DNA of 64,000 nucleotides from Nitrospinaceae bacterium (GTDB lineage: Bacteria > Nitrospinota > Nitrospinia > Nitrospinales > Nitrospinaceae). Within the stretch, counting starts at the first letter, position 1. Each line of letters starts with the position of its first letter. The translations under genes were made by a program, and so were the position numbers. Below, in pieces: positions 23,359-32,469 of the stretch. The notes beneath the pieces are model-generated. The model saw nothing but the letters and a program-made list of their open reading frames with translations, was not told the origin of the DNA and made no database searches. Location: positions 1,440,001 to 1,504,000 of the forward strand of contig OZ250172.1 in assembly GCA_965237905.1 (NCBI GenBank), given 5' to 3'.

Positions 23359-23565
23359 CTTTCCGGCAGGGGTTCGATTCTTCCCGGCTCTACTTTTAAA
23401 TACAATGTTCTATGGGATTATTCCTCAGAGGACACCGATCATTTTTGAGGAATTTACAACCATTCTTTTTGCTTACCTGAAAAACATTGATGTTCAAATA
23501 AAAAGCTTTTATAGTCATTTTTTTAATAACACAGCCGGATTTTCGGACGCATGGAGGAGTAGATC

Positions 23566-24060
23566 ATGAAATTGATGAAGTGGATGCTATCAACAGGTGT
23601 GTTAATTTTTGGAATAGCCGTATACACGCCCTCTTTCGCCCAAGGAAGTTTGGATACCCATAAAGAGGAAATTGAGCTAACGCGAGCCGTTATTAAGGTC
23701 AAAAATAAACAGATCGTTGCTAAAAATATGAACTTGAACTCATTTGAGAAAGGTAAATTCTGGGCGGTGTATCGAGAATACCAGAGCAAAATGGATTCAG
23801 TAAGGGACAGGCGGGTCAAATTAATCACGGATTATGCTGATACCCTAAAAAGCGGCAGTCTGACCGATGAAAAAGCCTTGGAAATGCTAAACGAATATCT
23901 CTCGTATGAACGCGTGAGACTGATCATCAAGCAATCCTTTGTGGATAAGTTCAAAGAAGTTTTACCTTCCAGGAAAGTCGCCCGCTTTTTTCAGATCGAG
24001 AACAAATTGGAGGCTATTGTTAATTTTGATCTTGCCAAGCAGATTCCTTTAGTGCAATGA
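23566..24060 (+). CDS. Hypothetical exported helical protein
   Basis: Signal peptide, FWAVYREY and ARFFQIENKL patterns; GGAGGAG RBS. Confidence 0.75.
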   Translation: MKLMKWMLSTGVLIFGIAVYTPSFAQGSLDTHKEEIELTRAVIKVKNKQIVAKNMNLNSFEKGKFWAVYREYQSKMDSVRDRRVKLITDYADTLKSGSLTDEKALEMLNEYLSYERVRLIIKQSFVDKFKEVLPSRKVARFFQIENKLEAIVNFDLAKQIPLVQ

Positions 24061-24079
24061 ACAATCAGGAGCTGATGCC

Positions 24080-24580
24080 GTGTATTTAGATTTAGCTTTG
24101 CTTGCTGGTTGCGCCCTCCTATTCAGTTGCGTGGCTGGCGCTGTTGAGAAATCACGCCTTACGGGTCCAATGGTATTTGAGGAACTTTTACGGGCAGCTG
24201 AAGGAACGGGTGAGACGTTTGCTTTGGTGACATGGGTGTTATTTGGGTCAGCGGTTGTTGGGCGTTCTATAAATTACCTTGACTGGTCGATCGTGGGTTA
24301 TGCCATCCTGAGTCTAACCGTCATACGCATATTGCCGGTATATATTTCCCTGGTGGGCGTCGATATTAATACTGAAGGAAAACTATTTTTAGGCTGGTTT
24401 GGTCCTCGTGGACTCGCCAGTATTGTTTTTGGTGTTATCGTACTCAATGCGGGATTGCCGCATGGAGATACTATAACCGTTACGGTTGCACTCACGGTTA
24501 TGCTTAGCATTTTAGTCCATGGAGTTATCGCCAACCCTTGGGCCAGGGCATTAGGAAACCGCCTCAAGTCCGGGACGTAA
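24080..24580 (+). pseudogene. Cation:proton antiporter (NhaP/CPA1-like) with probable in-frame internal deletion
   Basis: First TM segment joined directly to C-terminal family motifs (SLTVIRILPV, FLGWFGPRGLASIVF); only 166 aa. Confidence 0.7.
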
Positions 24581-24624
24581 CACAAGTACATTGAATAGAG
24601 CACAATCCGTTGGGGGAGACACAT

Positions 24625-24990
24625 ATGCTCGATTACATTTCACTTGGAATTTTGGTTTTTGCATTTATCGTCCTTTTTTATGGGATTATTGCGATACATG
24701 ATATTCCATACGAGATATCCGTTCATCGCAACCATCCCCATCAGGACGCGATTCATGTTGCCGGTTGGATCAGTCTTTTTACCCTTCACGCCATTTGGCC
24801 TTTCCTTTGGATTTGGGCAACCCTTTACCGCGAAGATCGAGGGTGGGGTTTTGCAAAAAACAAAGCCGAAGGCGACCCTTCAGTTAATTTTGAGGAACAA
24901 CTTTCCCAGCTGAATGAACGGATCAATAAACTCGAACAGCAAACCCGCGCGGCACCTGCTAAGAATAAATTAAGCAAGGAGGCGGAATAA
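24625..24990 (+). CDS. DUF3302 (YibI-like) small inner-membrane protein
   Basis: IHDIPYEIS..RNHPHQDAIHVAGWISLFTLHAIWPFLWIWATLY. Confidence 0.88.
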   Translation: MLDYISLGILVFAFIVLFYGIIAIHDIPYEISVHRNHPHQDAIHVAGWISLFTLHAIWPFLWIWATLYREDRGWGFAKNKAEGDPSVNFEEQLSQLNERINKLEQQTRAAPAKNKLSKEAE

Positions 24991-25949
24991 TGGATTTACT
25001 TCTCATCCTCACCTATGCCGCCGTCTGTATTACCGTCTTTAAAGTCTTTAAAATCCCGCTCAACAAATGGAGCGTGCCGACTGCAGTATTGGGAGGCATT
25101 TTCCTCATTGGTGCGCTCATTTTTATTATGAACTACAATCATCCCTATTCAGAAATCTGCCGGCAGTATTTTGTTACCACCCCCATTGTGCCTACTGTGA
25201 GCGGAAGAGTGGTGGAGGTTCCTGTAAAAGGGAACGCTAAGCTCAAGAAAGGAGATGTTCTGTTTCGCATAGATTCAGAACCTTATCAAAACAAGGTTGC
25301 CTCGATCAAATCACGTTTACTGGGCGCCAAAGCGGATTTTAAGCGAGCGGGAGAATTATATAAACGGAAAGCCGGCAAGAAACGCGATCTTGATTTGGCA
25401 ACCTCAAAATATAATGATCTTCGAGCTCAATTTGCACAGGCAAAATATGAGCTGGACGAGACGACCATGCGGGCACCGACCGAGGGCTATGTCACTCAGG
25501 TAACCTTGAGGCCAGGCATGATGGCGGTGAGTCTTCCTTTGAGACCGGTTATGGTCTTTGTGCATAGTGAGGACCATTATCTGGTAGCCTGGTTTCGTCA
25601 AAATAGTCTTCTTCGTCTTGAAGTAGGGAGCGAAGCAGAAGTTGCCTATGATAGTGTGCCGGGAAAGGTGTTTGCCGGCACAATCGAATTGGTGTTGCCG
25701 GCATTGGCGGAAGGTCAGGTGCAGCCATCGGGAAACCTGGTTAGTCCGCAGATGGCACCGAGGCCGGGCCGCGTACCGGTTCTTATAAAAATCACCGATC
25801 CCGAATATGTAAACTATTCCGCTCAAATTCCCGGCGGAGCCTTCGCGCAAGCGGCTGTGTATAGCGAACATTTTCACCATGTGGCAATCATGAGAAAGGT
25901 TCTATTAAGGATGTCTGCCTGGATGAATTTCATCTTTCCTTTTCATTAA
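24990..25949 (+). CDS. HlyD-family membrane fusion protein (YibH-like)
   Basis: MDLLLILTY...KWSVPTAVLGG, PIVPTVSGRVVEV, KKGDVLFRID, RAPTEGYV. Confidence 0.9.
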   Translation: MDLLLILTYAAVCITVFKVFKIPLNKWSVPTAVLGGIFLIGALIFIMNYNHPYSEICRQYFVTTPIVPTVSGRVVEVPVKGNAKLKKGDVLFRIDSEPYQNKVASIKSRLLGAKADFKRAGELYKRKAGKKRDLDLATSKYNDLRAQFAQAKYELDETTMRAPTEGYVTQVTLRPGMMAVSLPLRPVMVFVHSEDHYLVAWFRQNSLLRLEVGSEAEVAYDSVPGKVFAGTIELVLPALAEGQVQPSGNLVSPQMAPRPGRVPVLIKITDPEYVNYSAQIPGGAFAQAAVYSEHFHHVAIMRKVLLRMSAWMNFIFPFH

Positions 25950-25985
25950 CCACAGTTGACCCTGAATATGGGAGCCTGAATTCCT

Positions 25986-27419
25986 ATGCTACGAACGGAA
26001 AGCTTAATTTATCTGATTGCAGTTTCCTTATTCATGAGCGCTTGTGCCACGCCGAAACCCCCGACCCAACCAGAAATAGTGGAGCAGGCGTTGCCTGAAA
26101 CGACCGTTATTGCTCCAAAATTTAAAGCCGTGGTTCCTAAAAAACTACAAACGGCCAGTGCCGAGTCCCAGTGGACCGGAGCGATCTCCGGAAAGGTGAC
26201 CGACGGCTGGCTGGCCTCTTTTAACGATGACAGATTGGAAGCTTTGGTGGTTGAAGCTTTAAAGAACAACCGTAGTCTGGCCACAGCGGCGGCTAACCTG
26301 GAAGCGGCAGAGGGTTTGGCAAAACAAGCCGGTGCCCGGCTTGCCCCTGCCGTTAATATTGGTGGCAGTGGCCAAAGCACAATGCGAAAGGGCTCTAATA
26401 CCAATTTAGGAGGCGTTGCCCTGAATGTAAACTGGGAGTTGGATATTTGGGGGAAACTACGTTCAGCTGCCAGTGCCGCCGAAGAATCCTATAAGGCCAG
26501 TGAAGCCGATTTTGAATTTGGACGCCAGTCTTTGGTGGCACAAATAGCTAAATCCTGGTTTCTGGCAACAGAAACATATCTGCAAAAAAAGCTGGCCGAG
26601 GAGGCAGTTCTCATTTATCGCCGTATGCTGGAAATCGCCAACACGAAATTGGAGGTGGGTGAAGCACAGGAACAGGATGTTTATCTGGCCAAAGCCGATT
26701 TGGCCAGTGCTGAAGAGAGGCAGAGGCAGGCGCAAGGGGCTTTTGAGCAATCGGTCAGGAGCATCGAGGTTATCTTGGGCCGATATCCCTCGGCGGAATT
26801 GGAAGTGTCCCGCGAGTTTGCTGAGATTCTCGTGCCTGTACCAGTCGGCATACCGTCCGAACTGCTTGAAAGGCGACCGGATATATTTGCGGCCGAACGG
26901 CGAGTGGCAGCCGCTTTTCAACGCGTCAAGTCTGCCAAAGCGGCTAAACTCCCCACCATAGCCCTAACAGCCTCAGGGGGTCGTTCAAGTAATGAGCTGA
27001 TCAACCTCGTTGGGGCCAATAAGGGCTTTTTCTCATTAGGCGCCAACCTGCTCGCGCCGATAGATGTGGGTGGCGGTCTGGAGGCGCAGGTAAAAATTGA
27101 GACGGCACAACAGAAAGCCGCTTTAGCAAATTACGGGCAGGTTGCATTGATGGCCTTTAGCGAAACTGAAACGGGGATATCCAATGAAACTTTGCTGGAT
27201 CAACGCAAGGAATTGCTTGCGATAGCAGTAAAGCAGAATAAAAAGGCCTTGGAGGTGGCAAAAACACAATATGAATTTGGCCAGGTCGATTTTCTCAGTG
27301 TTCTGCAAATGCAGGCACGTTTGCTGGGTTCCCGGATAGAATTGATCAGAATTAAGAATGCAAAGCTGGCGCAGCGGGTAGATTTGCACCTCGCTTTGGG
27401 AGGTAGTTTTGAGAAATAA
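25986..27419 (+). CDS. Outer-membrane efflux lipoprotein (TolC/OprM family)
   Basis: Lipobox MSAC, WELDIWGKLR, PSELLERRPDI, LHLALGG. Confidence 0.92.
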   Translation: MLRTESLIYLIAVSLFMSACATPKPPTQPEIVEQALPETTVIAPKFKAVVPKKLQTASAESQWTGAISGKVTDGWLASFNDDRLEALVVEALKNNRSLATAAANLEAAEGLAKQAGARLAPAVNIGGSGQSTMRKGSNTNLGGVALNVNWELDIWGKLRSAASAAEESYKASEADFEFGRQSLVAQIAKSWFLATETYLQKKLAEEAVLIYRRMLEIANTKLEVGEAQEQDVYLAKADLASAEERQRQAQGAFEQSVRSIEVILGRYPSAELEVSREFAEILVPVPVGIPSELLERRPDIFAAERRVAAAFQRVKSAKAAKLPTIALTASGGRSSNELINLVGANKGFFSLGANLLAPIDVGGGLEAQVKIETAQQKAALANYGQVALMAFSETETGISNETLLDQRKELLAIAVKQNKKALEVAKTQYEFGQVDFLSVLQMQARLLGSRIELIRIKNAKLAQRVDLHLALGGSFEK

Positions 27420-27492
27420 GTATAGGGTAAGAATGGCCCGGTAAATTTTTCAAGCTTCTCTGAGCAAAGGCGTTGATCCACGAAAGGGATTT

Positions 27493-28191
27493 ATGACTTC
27501 TGCTGAAAAGCCCAGGCACCTAGCGACTGAACCAAAATTCGGTTTTGCTTTGTTGCTTTTTTGCCTGATCGCATCGCTTCTGGTTCCGGCTTATTTTGAG
27601 AATCAGATAATGGGGGGTGTTGCATTGCGGGGGATGCTCTCCCTGATCTTGCTGGCCAGTCTCTATCTGATTGCGTATCAGCTTCGCGAATTACTGATTG
27701 GAATAGTTTTGGTGGTGCCCACATTGCTGGTGAACTGGTGGAATGGGTTACTTCCACCACCTTGGAGTGTATATGTCGCTAGCGCGTTCTACGTAGTATT
27801 TCTTTGCTATATCAGCATTTTTATTGTCCGTTTTATATTTGAGACTGAGCAAATCAGCCTGGATATGATATTTGCGGCAATATGCCTTTATATGTATATA
27901 GGACTGATATGGACGTTTATTTATCTGATCACGGAGGTGAGCCGTCCGGGTTCATTCAGTTTTGCCACTGAATTGGCTGGTGATCCGGAAGGGCTGGTGC
28001 ATTCTTTGCGGAGTAATTTCTCTTACTTCAGCTATGTAACACTTTCGACGTTGGGTTATGGCGACGTGACACCCCTAACCCGATTCGCCCGGGCCTGGGC
28101 AATATTGGAAGCGTTGACAGGTCAATTTTTCCTCGCGTTAGTGGTAGCCAGACTAATCGGGTTGTTTATTGCTAACAGACGTTCTGGTTAA
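27493..28191 (+). CDS. Potassium channel family protein
   Basis: Pore signature YFSYVTLSTLGYGDVTP; several TM helices. Confidence 0.88.
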   Translation: MTSAEKPRHLATEPKFGFALLLFCLIASLLVPAYFENQIMGGVALRGMLSLILLASLYLIAYQLRELLIGIVLVVPTLLVNWWNGLLPPPWSVYVASAFYVVFLCYISIFIVRFIFETEQISLDMIFAAICLYMYIGLIWTFIYLITEVSRPGSFSFATELAGDPEGLVHSLRSNFSYFSYVTLSTLGYGDVTPLTRFARAWAILEALTGQFFLALVVARLIGLFIANRRSG

Positions 28192-28216
28192 CTGCACGTG
28201 GAGGCACTTCACCCCG

Positions 28217-28245
28217 TTGACAAAGGGAGCAAGGCGGGATATGTT
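28217..28245 (+). promoter_or_regulatory. Putative sigma70 promoter
   Basis: TTGACA-17 nt-TATGTT upstream of the 28278 ORF. Confidence 0.5.
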
Positions 28246-28277
28246 AAGGTACTTTCGTCGGCAACGAGATAACACTT

Positions 28278-28643
28278 ATGATTCAGCTGGAATTGCGAAG
28301 TGACACAGGAGTTCTGATCGTGAAACCGCTGGGACCGCTAGGGGCGGAAGATTTTGCGGCCATTGCCCATGATGCCGATGGCTACATCGAGTCTCACGGT
28401 GCGTTGAACGGATTGGTGATCTGTTCGGAAAAATTTCGCGGCTGGAGGAATGTACAGGGTCTCTGGTCACACCTCAAGTTTGTTCGTGACCATCACAAGA
28501 AAATTAAAAAAGTAGCCTTCGTCAGTAATTCCAAAATTCCTGAACTCATCATCAATTTTGCGAAATATTTTGTCCATCCGGAAGCAAAATATTTTAAATA
28601 CAACGAAGAAGGCTCGGCTATGCATTGGATCGGTGCGTCATGA
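28278..28643 (+). CDS. STAS/SEC14 (SpoIIAA-like) domain protein
   Basis: FRGW..., HLKFVRDHHKKIKKVAFV, C-terminal AMHWI. Confidence 0.85.
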   Translation: MIQLELRSDTGVLIVKPLGPLGAEDFAAIAHDADGYIESHGALNGLVICSEKFRGWRNVQGLWSHLKFVRDHHKKIKKVAFVSNSKIPELIINFAKYFVHPEAKYFKYNEEGSAMHWIGAS

Positions 28644-28700
28644 CCGATACCACTATCAAAAATCTGTTGCCGCCGGACCCTTTGACGGGGGTTTGAGGAA

Positions 28701-29327
28701 ATGAACGCATCCACTATGAATATTAAACTTGTCTTGCTGGGTTGCCTGATGGTTCTTGCCGGGCTTACTGCCTGCGGCGGTCAGTCCACGGGCGGCAACG
28801 GCTTTTTGAGCGACTACTCCAAACTACAGAAAAATCCCAGGTATGCGGGATCGCGGATTTATACCAACCCTGAGACACCTTTGAAAAACTATTCACGATT
28901 TATCGTGGACCCGGTACAAGTACGGTTGTCCTCCGTGGGGGCATACCGGGGCGCCGGCCAGGATAAACTGCAGGAAATATCCCAGTATGCGTATCAACAA
29001 TTCGTCACCGCGTTACAAAATAACGGATACGAAGTGGTGACCAGCCCTGGACCGGGAACCTTGATATTGCGGAGTGCCCTTACGGAAGTAGCGCCGAGCG
29101 AACTCAAACCCCGTTCTTTTCTGATGAATATCAGCCTGGGAGGTGCCTCCATTGAGGTGGAGTTCGTCGATGCCCTTTCGGGAGAAATCGTCGTGGCGGT
29201 TATGGAATCGCAAAGAGGTAAAATAACCCCGGCGGGCTCAAATGAATATGAAAATGCCAAAAACGTAATTGACCGCTGGGCTAAAAGACTGGTTCAGCGC
29301 CTGGACGAAGAGCATGGAAAAAAATGA
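28701..29327 (+). CDS. DUF3313-family lipoprotein
   Basis: Lipobox LTAC, GFLSDYSKL, PGPGTLILRSALT, EVEFVDALSGE. Confidence 0.82.
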   Translation: MNASTMNIKLVLLGCLMVLAGLTACGGQSTGGNGFLSDYSKLQKNPRYAGSRIYTNPETPLKNYSRFIVDPVQVRLSSVGAYRGAGQDKLQEISQYAYQQFVTALQNNGYEVVTSPGPGTLILRSALTEVAPSELKPRSFLMNISLGGASIEVEFVDALSGEIVVAVMESQRGKITPAGSNEYENAKNVIDRWAKRLVQRLDEEHGKK

Positions 29328-29336
29328 GGAAAATAC

Positions 29337-29900
29337 ATGACTGATGAAATCATCAAAAACCTGGGACCGTTGGCACCGCTGGCGGGAATCTGGGAAGGCG
29401 ACAAGGGAGACGACACCGCACCTGCTGATGACCGCGGAACGGAAACCAACAAATTCCGCGAACGCATCACGTTCGAACCCATGGGACCGGTGAACAATCA
29501 CGAGCAAGTGCTGTACGGCCTGCGGTACACCACCACGGCCTGGCCATCGGGCGCGAGCGATCCGTTTCATGAAGAGTCGGGTTACTGGCTGTGGGATGCG
29601 AAAGCGAAACAGGTGCTCCGTTGTTTCATCGTTCCGCGCGGGGTGGCGGTCATTGCCGGGGGTACCGTGGAATCGGACGCCAGATCATTCGAACTGGCGG
29701 CAGACGCCGGTTCGGAAACCTATGGCATCTGTTCCAATCAATTTCTGGACAAGGAATTCAAGACCGTCCGTTATGAGTTGAAGGTGACCATCCACGACGA
29801 TCAAAGCTTCAGCTACGAGGAGGACACCCAACTCCAAGTCAAGGGCCGGAAAGACCTCTTTCACCACATCGACAAAAATATCTTACAGCGCACCGCGTAA
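29337..29900 (+). CDS. Heme-binding beta-barrel (nitrobindin/THAP4/FABP-like) protein
   Basis: LGPLAPLAGIWEGDKG, PFHEESGYWLWD, C-terminal HHIDKN. Confidence 0.8.
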   Translation: MTDEIIKNLGPLAPLAGIWEGDKGDDTAPADDRGTETNKFRERITFEPMGPVNNHEQVLYGLRYTTTAWPSGASDPFHEESGYWLWDAKAKQVLRCFIVPRGVAVIAGGTVESDARSFELAADAGSETYGICSNQFLDKEFKTVRYELKVTIHDDQSFSYEEDTQLQVKGRKDLFHHIDKNILQRTA

Positions 29901-30023
29901 CCAGCGTGACGCTGGACCCTACTTGACCAAGACGTTATTTCGCGATTCTTGTTTGCGAGGAGCCGAAAAGTTATAAGCCGGTACAGGAATCCTGCCTGGG
30001 GAGTATTTTCGATAACTTAAATT

Positions 30024-32111
30024 TCAAACCTCGAACAATCCCCTTAAGACGTCCAAACACCGGGGATCATACAATCCGAGTTTGGTTTCTTTCTCAATTT
30101 CACGGATCGCACTCTTATATTCCCATGTTTCTGCATACAGACGTTTTGAGGTCATGGCGTCAAACGTATCCGCTACCGCCAGAATTCTGCCACCCAAAGG
30201 AATTTGTTCCTCTTTTAATCCATTGGGATACCCGGACCCATTCCATCGTTCGTGGTGCGATGCGACAATTCCCAATAGAGATTCGGACTGATATCCCATC
30301 TGTTGAATGAGCCGGCAACTTTCCGAAGGGTGCTTTTTAAAAATTTCATATTCTGTTGGACTTAGCTTTCTATTATTATCCAGCAATTCAGAAGGAATAA
30401 TGGCATTACCGATATCGTGTAAAAATGCGGCTAACAGAATATTTTCTTTTTCTTCAAGCGATAATTCCATTACATCTGCTATAGCGTAAGCAATGACCGC
30501 GACCGTTTTCCCATGGCCCACCCGCCCATCAATACTTTCAATGGGGAGGATCACTTCATCTGGAATATTTAATTTGGATGCGGCCTCATGATATTTATCG
30601 TAAAAGGCCTCGGGAATTTTAGATCGATTGCGCATACCATCAATCAGGCCGACGACTCGATATACGGACATGCGATCCTTTTTCCCTTTTATGGCAATCT
30701 TTTCAAATTCCTCTTTCTTTAAATTGGCATCCGCGAATCCCAATCTGGCTTTTGTGTTATCGGGGTCCAATTTCAAAACCTTTTGATAACAATCAATCGC
30801 GGCGCTGGCTGCTTTCATTTCAAAAAGAGCATTACCCAGGGCATTCAGTTTATCTAAATCATCAGGAGTTTTTACCAAATCCGCTTCCAGCCCTTTGATC
30901 TTATTTTCAAGAACATCATCAGACGACCGTTGGCCGGAAAAATTGTTTACTTGAGTAGCCAGGATATACGGTTTGACATCGGAATAAGTTTCTTCATCAA
31001 TAAATACTCCACCGGGATCGCAGATATTCTCCAATCTGGAAGCCAGGTTGGCGGTATCCCCGATACAGGAATAGCTTTTTCTTTTGGACCCAAACAAACC
31101 TATGACCGAGGGACCGGTTGCGATTCCAATCCGCATTTCCCAGTTGGTATTTAATTCCTTAAGACAGCTTTGCATATTGAGCGCGGCAAGAACGGCCATC
31201 AATGAATGCATTTGGTAGTTGATGGGAGCCCCAAATTCAACCATAATCCCGTCGCCCATATATTTATCAATGTGACCAAAATATTTTATGATGCTTTTTC
31301 CCATTTCATGCAGATAAGTATTCAATTCATCTACCACCTGTTCCGGAGGATGGGTATCGGAATAAGAAGTAAAATCTTTGAGATCTGAAAAAAGAACTGA
31401 GATTCGCCTTTTCTCCGTGCGCAATTTTCCTTCGATCATCATGCGCGCCACATTACCATCCATAACGGAAAACAAGGTGTCTTCCACTTTGGTTTTCAGG
31501 GTTTCAATGGTTCTGTGGGAACGCTCCAAATCCTGGGTTCTTTCCGCAACCTGCAATGCTAATTGATCGGTGTGTTTACTTAATTCCTCGTTAGAGATTT
31601 TCAACAAAGCTTTTTCTCTGGACAGATCGTTTTGCAGTTCTTGATTGTTTTTCAACTCCAATCTAAACCGTTCGGACAAACTCCCAACCCACCAACCTGA
31701 CAAGATCAAGAATCCTCCCCAAACGATTAAATTGAAGTACAGATCGAACTCTCCGGCTTGTGTCAGATAATTTTCTTTATCCGCCAGGACAAAAATCCAT
31801 ATCATGAGGGTGGCAAAAAAAGCACCCAAAACAGCTGTTTTTTCCCCCAGAAAGTACCCGGCCGTCATTATAGGAAGGAAATAAAAATTCAGAAATGCAA
31901 CTTTGGAATAAACAAAATAATTAATGAGGCTGACGCTTACCAGAATTAAAAGAATGAAAATCCCCTCAAAATTCTTAAAAATGTAATCCCTGATAACACC
32001 CAGCGAACTGAAGGCATCACTCTTTCTGAGGATCTCAATTTCAGTCTCTTCCTCTGAATGCTCAGTAATGGGCTGGACTTCCAACTGCTCCTGCGAATCC
32101 TGATTCGGCAT
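30024..32111 (-). CDS. Membrane-anchored class III nucleotide cyclase - TPR - HD-GYP fusion protein
   Basis: N-terminal TM bundle and coiled coil; cyclase motifs VLFSDLKDFT, DKYMGDGIM, GDTANLASRLE; TPR-like helices; LHDIG, HHERWNGSGYP, ADTFDAMTS. Confidence 0.88.
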   Translation of the reverse strand: MPNQDSQEQLEVQPITEHSEEETEIEILRKSDAFSSLGVIRDYIFKNFEGIFILLILVSVSLINYFVYSKVAFLNFYFLPIMTAGYFLGEKTAVLGAFFATLMIWIFVLADKENYLTQAGEFDLYFNLIVWGGFLILSGWWVGSLSERFRLELKNNQELQNDLSREKALLKISNEELSKHTDQLALQVAERTQDLERSHRTIETLKTKVEDTLFSVMDGNVARMMIEGKLRTEKRRISVLFSDLKDFTSYSDTHPPEQVVDELNTYLHEMGKSIIKYFGHIDKYMGDGIMVEFGAPINYQMHSLMAVLAALNMQSCLKELNTNWEMRIGIATGPSVIGLFGSKRKSYSCIGDTANLASRLENICDPGGVFIDEETYSDVKPYILATQVNNFSGQRSSDDVLENKIKGLEADLVKTPDDLDKLNALGNALFEMKAASAAIDCYQKVLKLDPDNTKARLGFADANLKKEEFEKIAIKGKKDRMSVYRVVGLIDGMRNRSKIPEAFYDKYHEAASKLNIPDEVILPIESIDGRVGHGKTVAVIAYAIADVMELSLEEKENILLAAFLHDIGNAIIPSELLDNNRKLSPTEYEIFKKHPSESCRLIQQMGYQSESLLGIVASHHERWNGSGYPNGLKEEQIPLGGRILAVADTFDAMTSKRLYAETWEYKSAIREIEKETKLGLYDPRCLDVLRGLFEV

Positions 32112-32469
32112 TCCAATTATTCCTATCTTGTTGTCTAATAACCGTTTCTACCACTGACTTTTTAGTATAAGGGCAAAGTTTGAAAAATGAACACACTCGT
32201 ATGGATTTTTTAGCATTATAGATGAATCTACATTATCTCGATACTGTGCGGCATCGATCTTCCCCTTTGAGGCGGCTCAGGTATTTAGGAATTAAAGCTG
32301 AATCCCTTATAAAATAAGGAGATATGTTCCGGTTGTCAGGTATTCAAATCCCCCCAGTTCCACTCTTCACTATGGGTAAAATCCTACCCTTATTAGAATC
32401 CTTTATTTAGCCCTCGCCATCTTACTTGCCTGAACCTTATCGTTAAAAAAACAGGACCTATCGCTTTTC

